Of a stretch of DNA of 32,000 nt, positions 27,459-32,000 are shown in pieces. Each line of letters opens with the position of its first letter. Positions within the stretch are counted from its first letter, which is position 1. The stretch is taken from the NCBI GenBank assembly GCA_937936705.1, contig CALHCP010000054.1:11250-43249 (forward strand). The letters run 5' to 3'. The stretch is from an uncultured cyanobacterium. Its GTDB lineage: Bacteria; Cyanobacteriota; Cyanobacteriia; Gloeomargaritales; Gloeomargaritaceae. Made by a program: the position numbers and the translations under genes. The notes under the pieces are model-generated. The model was not told where the DNA came from. It made no database searches and saw nothing but the letters and a program-made list of their open reading frames with translations.

Positions 27459-28505
27459 ATGAAGGCGGTGGCTCCGTTAGGGATATTTGAGCGATATCTA
27501 TCGCTGTGGGTGGCATTGTGTATTATTGCCGGGGTGAAGTTGGGGCTGGCTTTGCCGGGGTTGTTTGAGTTGATTGCGGGTTTGCAGTACGCCAATGTGA
27601 ATTTCGTGGTGGCGGTGCTGATCTGGGTGATGATTTACCCGATGATGGTGAGTGTGGATTTTGCCTCGATTCGGGAGGTGGGGCGCAAACCCAAAGGTTT
27701 GTGCATTACTCTGGTAGTCAATTGGCTGGTTAAGCCGTTTACGATGGCGCTTTTGGGGATTTTGTTTTTTAATTATCTATTTGCGGGTTGGGTCACCCCG
27801 GCGGCGGCTAAGGAGTATATTGCCGGCATGATTTTGTTGGGGGCGGCTCCCTGTACGGCGATGGTGTTTGTCTGGAGTCAGTTGGTGCGGGGGGATGCGA
27901 ATTATACGCTGGTGCAGGTTTCGATTAATGACCTGATTATGGTGGTGGCGTTTGCGCCGATTGTGTCTTTCTTGTTGGGGGTAACGGCGGTGCAGGTGCC
28001 CTGGGAGACGCTTTTGCTTTCGGTGCTTTTGTATGTGGTGATTCCCTTGGCGGCGGGCTATTGGACGCGCAAACGGTTGGATCGGGTGGGGCATGAGGTG
28101 GCGATTGCCCGGTTTTGTGCTCAGATCAAGCCCTATTCGATTGTGGGGTTGTTGGCAACGGTGGTGCTGCTGTTTGGGTTTCAGGCAAAGACGATTGTGA
28201 GTCAGCCTTCGGTCATCCTTTTGATTGCGATTCCCCTACTGGTGCAGAGTTATGGCATTTTTGCAATTGCCTACGCCTGGGGTTATTTTTGGCGGGTGCC
28301 GTTTGCGGTGGCGGCGCCGGCGGCACTGGTAGGTACCTCTAATTTTTTTGAACTGGCGGTGGCGGTGGCGATCAGTTTGTTCGGCCTCAATTCGGGGGCG
28401 GCGTTGGCGACGGTTGTGGGGGTATTGGTGGAGGTGCCGGTAATGCTGTCGCTGGTGGCGTTTGCCAACCGTACCCGCAAATACTTTCCCGGTACATCCC
28501 ATTAA
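27459..28505 (+). CDS. acr3: arsenite efflux transporter, ACR3 family
   Basis: 348-aa polytopic membrane ORF with N-terminus [19 protein letters not shown] and the conserved ACR3 block [14 protein letters not shown] containing the essential Cys. Confidence 0.9.
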   Translation: MKAVAPLGIFERYLSLWVALCIIAGVKLGLALPGLFELIAGLQYANVNFVVAVLIWVMIYPMMVSVDFASIREVGRKPKGLCITLVVNWLVKPFTMALLGILFFNYLFAGWVTPAAAKEYIAGMILLGAAPCTAMVFVWSQLVRGDANYTLVQVSINDLIMVVAFAPIVSFLLGVTAVQVPWETLLLSVLLYVVIPLAAGYWTRKRLDRVGHEVAIARFCAQIKPYSIVGLLATVVLLFGFQAKTIVSQPSVILLIAIPLLVQSYGIFAIAYAWGYFWRVPFAVAAPAALVGTSNFFELAVAVAISLFGLNSGAALATVVGVLVEVPVMLSLVAFANRTRKYFPGTSH

Positions 28506-28520
28506 GGAGGGTTTGGGGTT

Positions 28521-28925
28521 ATGTTGCGAGTGATGTTTGTCTGTAAGAAAAATTCCCGCCGTTCCCAGATGGCGGAGGGTTTTGCCCGGACGTTGGGCGG
28601 AGACCGGGTGCAGGTCACGAGTGCGGGGTTGGAGTCCAGCTTTGTGGACCCGTTGACGGTGCAGGTGATGCAGGAAGTGGGAATTGACATTAGTCAGCAA
28701 CAGTCCAAGCCGTTGAGTGATTTTCAGCCTGAGGATTTCGATGTGGTGATTTCCCTGTGCGGGTGCGGGGTGAGTTTGCCGCCGGAATGGCTGACGCGGG
28801 ATTATTTTGCCGATTGGCAGTTGGAAGACCCGGAGGGGGGGGAATTGGATGCCTTCCGGCGCGTCCGGGATCAGGTGAAAGAACGGGTGGTGCAGTTGTT
28901 GCAGGAACATCAGGTGTTAAGCTGA
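28521..28925 (+). CDS. arsC: arsenate reductase ArsC, LMW-PTPase fold, Synechocystis-type (glutathione/glutaredoxin-coupled hybrid)
   Basis: 134-aa ORF with P-loop C8-KKNSRRS (C-x5-R-S) and ISLC80GC82G. This Cys8/Cys80/Cys82 arrangement matches Synechocystis ArsC. AAGGAGG lies 12 nt upstream. Confidence 0.9.
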   Translation: MLRVMFVCKKNSRRSQMAEGFARTLGGDRVQVTSAGLESSFVDPLTVQVMQEVGIDISQQQSKPLSDFQPEDFDVVISLCGCGVSLPPEWLTRDYFADWQLEDPEGGELDAFRRVRDQVKERVVQLLQEHQVLS

Positions 28926-28974
28926 AGTGACCGTAAGGAAGCCGGATTGCCAAAAGTGGGAAGGCTAGGGTATC

Positions 28975-29964
28975 GTGAACCCTGTACCCCTTGGCCTGGC
29001 ATTGTCTGATTTTCACCCGATGGCACCCCCTGCCCTGGCTCTCCAGACCCAAGAACTGACCAAGACCTACCGCACGGGTTTTTGGCTGCGGCAAAAAATC
29101 ACTTCCCTGAAACAGGTGTCTTTAACGGTGCATATTGGGGAAACCTTTGGACTCTTAGGTCCGAATGGAGCGGGAAAGACGACCTTTATGAAACTCATTT
29201 TGGGCATTATTCGCCCGACGGCGGGGGGCGGAACGGTCTTGGGGCGACCCTTGGGCGACCGGTTCATCAAAGCCCGCATTGGTTATTTACCGGAGAATCC
29301 CTATCTGTATGAATCCCTGACGGGTTGGGAATGTTTAGAATTGATGGCTACCCTGCACCAAGTGCCCCGTTCGGTGCAAAAACAGCGGTTACCGGCACTT
29401 TTAGAGCTGGTGGGATTGGCGCAATCTGCCGCCCGCAAGAAAACCTTGCGCCGCTATTCCAAGGGGATGTTGCAGCGGATTGGGTTGGCGCAATCCTTGG
29501 TGAATGACCCGGATTTGGTGTTATTGGATGAACCGATGTCGGGGCTTGACCCCTTGGGACGCTATCAAGTGCGGGAAATTATTTTGCAGTTGAAATCCCA
29601 GGGCAAAACCATCTTTTTTAACAGTCATATTCTCTCGGATGTGGAACATCTGTGCGACCGGGTGGCGGTGTTGGCGCGGGGGGAATTATTAGCCGTCGGT
29701 ACCTTTGCGGAATTGTTGGGCACGGGGCAAACTTACCATGTGCGGGGGCGGGGCGGCAGTGCAGCAGACTTGGCGCCCTGGTTGGAGCATTTCGAGTTTC
29801 AAGGGGGGCTTTGGCAGGGACAATTACGGCTGAGTTTGCCGGAGTTTGTGCAAAAGGTGCAGGAAAGTGGTGCGGAAATTCTCAGCCTGAATTTGGAGCG
29901 GCAATCTTTAGAAGAATTTTTTGTGCAACAACTGCGGCAACGGGGCTACACCCAAAGCGTTTAA
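28975..29964 (+). CDS. ABC transporter ATP-binding protein (ABC-2/DrrA-like)
   Basis: Walker A GPNGAGKTT, signature YSKGMLQRIGLAQ, Walker B LVLLDEPMSGLD, H-loop NSHIL. The track start is GTG at 28975. The ATG at 29020 (MAPPALALQTQELTKTY) is an alternative. Confidence 0.85.
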   Translation: MNPVPLGLALSDFHPMAPPALALQTQELTKTYRTGFWLRQKITSLKQVSLTVHIGETFGLLGPNGAGKTTFMKLILGIIRPTAGGGTVLGRPLGDRFIKARIGYLPENPYLYESLTGWECLELMATLHQVPRSVQKQRLPALLELVGLAQSAARKKTLRRYSKGMLQRIGLAQSLVNDPDLVLLDEPMSGLDPLGRYQVREIILQLKSQGKTIFFNSHILSDVEHLCDRVAVLARGELLAVGTFAELLGTGQTYHVRGRGGSAADLAPWLEHFEFQGGLWQGQLRLSLPEFVQKVQESGAEILSLNLERQSLEEFFVQQLRQRGYTQSV

Positions 29965-32000
29965 GCCGGACGGGGGGGGAGCAGCCGACTGGTGACTTGG
30001 ACTTTGGCCAGTTCTCGCACCAGTCGCAGAGCCTGATGCCGGTAGATGGGTTCCGGCAGGGTGCAGGGTAATCGTTCCATGACTTCTCGGCAGTGTTTCA
30101 GGTCGAAACCCGTCACCTGGGCAATGACGTTGCCCCCATAAAATACCGCCTCTTTACTCCCGGCTTTTTGCACTTGGACTTGATAGCGGGGGGGCAGGCG
30201 TTCCCCCAATTCCACCCGTTGTAGCCCGCGACTGGTCGCCAGCACCACCAGTTTGTCCCCGACGGCCAACCGCAAATCGTCGGAGGGCATGGTTTTGGCT
30301 TCCAGTTCATGGGCGGCGTAGTAATACACGGGCACAACCCCGTAGCCGTAGCTCACCTGCGCCAAGATCAGGCCGTTCAGGGTATCCCCGGCTTCAATTT
30401 CGTACTCCACCACCAAGATGGTGCGCCCCTCCAAGCGAAACAGCCCCAGGATATTTTCCCCAAAAGCGGCGGCGGCAAAGGCTTCGGCGGCAATTTCATT
30501 GGCACATAAAACCTGGGCAAAGGGAAACAAGCGGCGCACGTTATCACTAAAGATGGGGTCAAAGGTGCGAATCACCACATGGCTTTGCAGGTTGGTTTCC
30601 CGGGCCATCAGGGCAATTTCCAGGTTTTCCAATTCATCGTCGGTAACGGTGACAATGCTCTTGGCGGTGGCTAAATTCACCTTCGGTAGCAGAGTTGCCG
30701 TTGGCCCCATCAAGATGGGAGCTTGGGGCAAGACCTCATTGCCCACTTCGCTCGAGGTAATGATCGCCAGGGGTTGGCGAAATTCTTGCAGCAGCCTGGC
30801 CACCTGCCGACCCACCCGCCCCAGCCCGACGATCACCACATGCCCCTGGGGCGGCACCGGCGGGCGGCGTTGCAGAAATTGAAACTGGGTGGCCAGCAAT
30901 TTTTCGGTCAACAAGGCATAAATCACGCCGGTAAAGGCGATCCCCGTCAAGGTCAGCCCCAGACTCAGCAGGCGCAACCACCAGGGCACCGGTTTATCAA
31001 ACCGCTCCAGGCCGCCAAAGACATCCCCATAGCCGCCCAAAAGCAAAATCATGGTGGTGTAAAACGTATCCGGGAAACTTAAATCCGGGTAGTACAGGTC
31101 GTACAGCAAGGTGCCGGTCAGCAGCAGCGTCACCATTAGCCCCGCCACCACCAAGGCCACCCGGTGCGTGCCGCCTTTTTCCCACCATTCCTTCACCCGT
31201 TCCCGCCAGTGCTGCCAACGCAGCCATTTTTGCCATTGCCAGCCCGATGGGGGGGTGGCGGCGGGCGCGGCGGTCACCACCGGGCTAAAGGTCGTCGCCG
31301 ACTGCAATTCCACCGTCACCAGCGTATCGCCGGGGTAAGCCAGCGTCTCCGGGTTCCACCGATACAGGTACAGTTCCTCCGACAAGCCGGGGCGGGTGGT
31401 GGATTGATAACTCAGCACCTTACGGTTACGGCTACACAGTTCATGCAACATGCGACAATTCGCCCAGGGGTCTTGAGGGGAAATCACCCGCCGATGCACT
31501 TGAAATAATTGGTCGGCGACCCGGAAAAAACCGATCATATCCTCACCCAAAGCCGCCAGGGTAAAGGGTACCGCCGAGAGCTGGGTGGGTTCGTAGGCGA
31601 CAAAGTTATCCAGTTCCTGCCCCAAAAGTTCAGTTAAATTTTGCTTGGCGGAGCGCACCACCAAGCGGACATGCGGGTTCAATAAGCGGGCAGCAAAGGC
31701 GATTTGGATGTTCACCCGCTCGTTTTCGGTCACCGCCAACACGGCGCGCGCCTGCACGACCCCGGCTTGTTCCAAAACCTCGGTTTTGCGGGCATCGCCT
31801 TCAATTACTTGGTCGAGGAGGGTATCCAAATCCTTGACTTCCCAATGTTTAGGACGGTGGAGGTCAATTCCAGTTACTCGAATGCCAAAATCTTTCAGAT
31901 TGACGACACAATACTGCCCCAAACTCCCCAAACCACAGACGATGTAAGTATTGGGAACGGTGGTCGCCTCCGGCCTAAAAACGATACGAGAAACGGTCAT
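29961..32000 (-). CDS. K+ channel-like protein: RCK_N/RCK_C pair, 2-TM pore, second RCK_N/RCK_C pair, extra C-terminal domain
   Basis: 679 codons from an ATG sitting exactly at the window edge, so the true N-terminus could lie outside. Two Rossmann GxGxxG motifs: VCGLGSLGQ and IVGLGRVGRQ. The pore region is FPDTFYTTMILLLGGYGDVFG flanked by hydrophobic helices. TrkA-C-like segments are PGDTLVTVEL and EAGDTLNGLILAQV. Confidence 0.8.
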   Translation of the reverse strand: MTVSRIVFRPEATTVPNTYIVCGLGSLGQYCVVNLKDFGIRVTGIDLHRPKHWEVKDLDTLLDQVIEGDARKTEVLEQAGVVQARAVLAVTENERVNIQIAFAARLLNPHVRLVVRSAKQNLTELLGQELDNFVAYEPTQLSAVPFTLAALGEDMIGFFRVADQLFQVHRRVISPQDPWANCRMLHELCSRNRKVLSYQSTTRPGLSEELYLYRWNPETLAYPGDTLVTVELQSATTFSPVVTAAPAATPPSGWQWQKWLRWQHWRERVKEWWEKGGTHRVALVVAGLMVTLLLTGTLLYDLYYPDLSFPDTFYTTMILLLGGYGDVFGGLERFDKPVPWWLRLLSLGLTLTGIAFTGVIYALLTEKLLATQFQFLQRRPPVPPQGHVVIVGLGRVGRQVARLLQEFRQPLAIITSSEVGNEVLPQAPILMGPTATLLPKVNLATAKSIVTVTDDELENLEIALMARETNLQSHVVIRTFDPIFSDNVRRLFPFAQVLCANEIAAEAFAAAAFGENILGLFRLEGRTILVVEYEIEAGDTLNGLILAQVSYGYGVVPVYYYAAHELEAKTMPSDDLRLAVGDKLVVLATSRGLQRVELGERLPPRYQVQVQKAGSKEAVFYGGNVIAQVTGFDLKHCREVMERLPCTLPEPIYRHQALRLVRELAKVQVTSRLLPPRPA

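Noticed and set aside
1-32000. A novel multi-gene system (defence island, toxin-antitoxin, retron, DGR, secondary-metabolite cluster).
   Set aside because: Nearly every ORF of substantial length is assignable to a well-known housekeeping or transport family, or is a single isolated hypothetical. There is no cluster of adjacent unknown genes, no nuclease/helicase/reverse-transcriptase/ATPase combination, and no compositional island apart from short intergenic repeats.

Overview
The window looks like a moderately GC-rich cyanobacterial chromosome segment. This is inferred from zeta-carotene desaturase, SqdX, an SLH-domain porin, DUF2949 and the gene order rpsL-rpsG-fusA-tuf-rpsJ. Most of it is core housekeeping: crtQ (partial), an HI0933-type flavoprotein, plsC-like, murF, sir and cysH (divergent), a CHAD protein, a TerB-like protein, htpG-hemW, ruvB, the str operon, sqdX and dxs. 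The right third is more accessory: an EfeO/imelysin-like lipoprotein plus SLH/OprB porin, an arsR / acr3-arsC arsenic cluster, an ABC ATPase with no permease, and a large RCK-gated K+ channel-like protein. I found no cas genes, CRISPR array, rRNA, tRNA, transposase, phage genes or multi-gene defence-like cassette, so I cannot support a novel multi-gene system here. Three signals are not explained by the gene calls. (1) A family of short MITE-like intergenic elements has at least 5 copies; the best copy has 12-bp terminal inverted repeats and TTAA flanks, and a GC hairpin module is present in some copies and absent in others. The family is tied to an over-represented asymmetric octamer, GCGGTCGC, while I saw no canonical HIP1 (GCGATCGC). 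(2) A perfect 21-bp tandem duplication carrying TGTACA lies between rpsL and a divergent gene. (3) The K+ channel-like protein has a non-canonical LGGYGD filter and a C-terminal tail resembling the ribosomal bL12 (L7/L12) C-terminal domain. All family assignments rest on motif recognition from memory and no searches were run.
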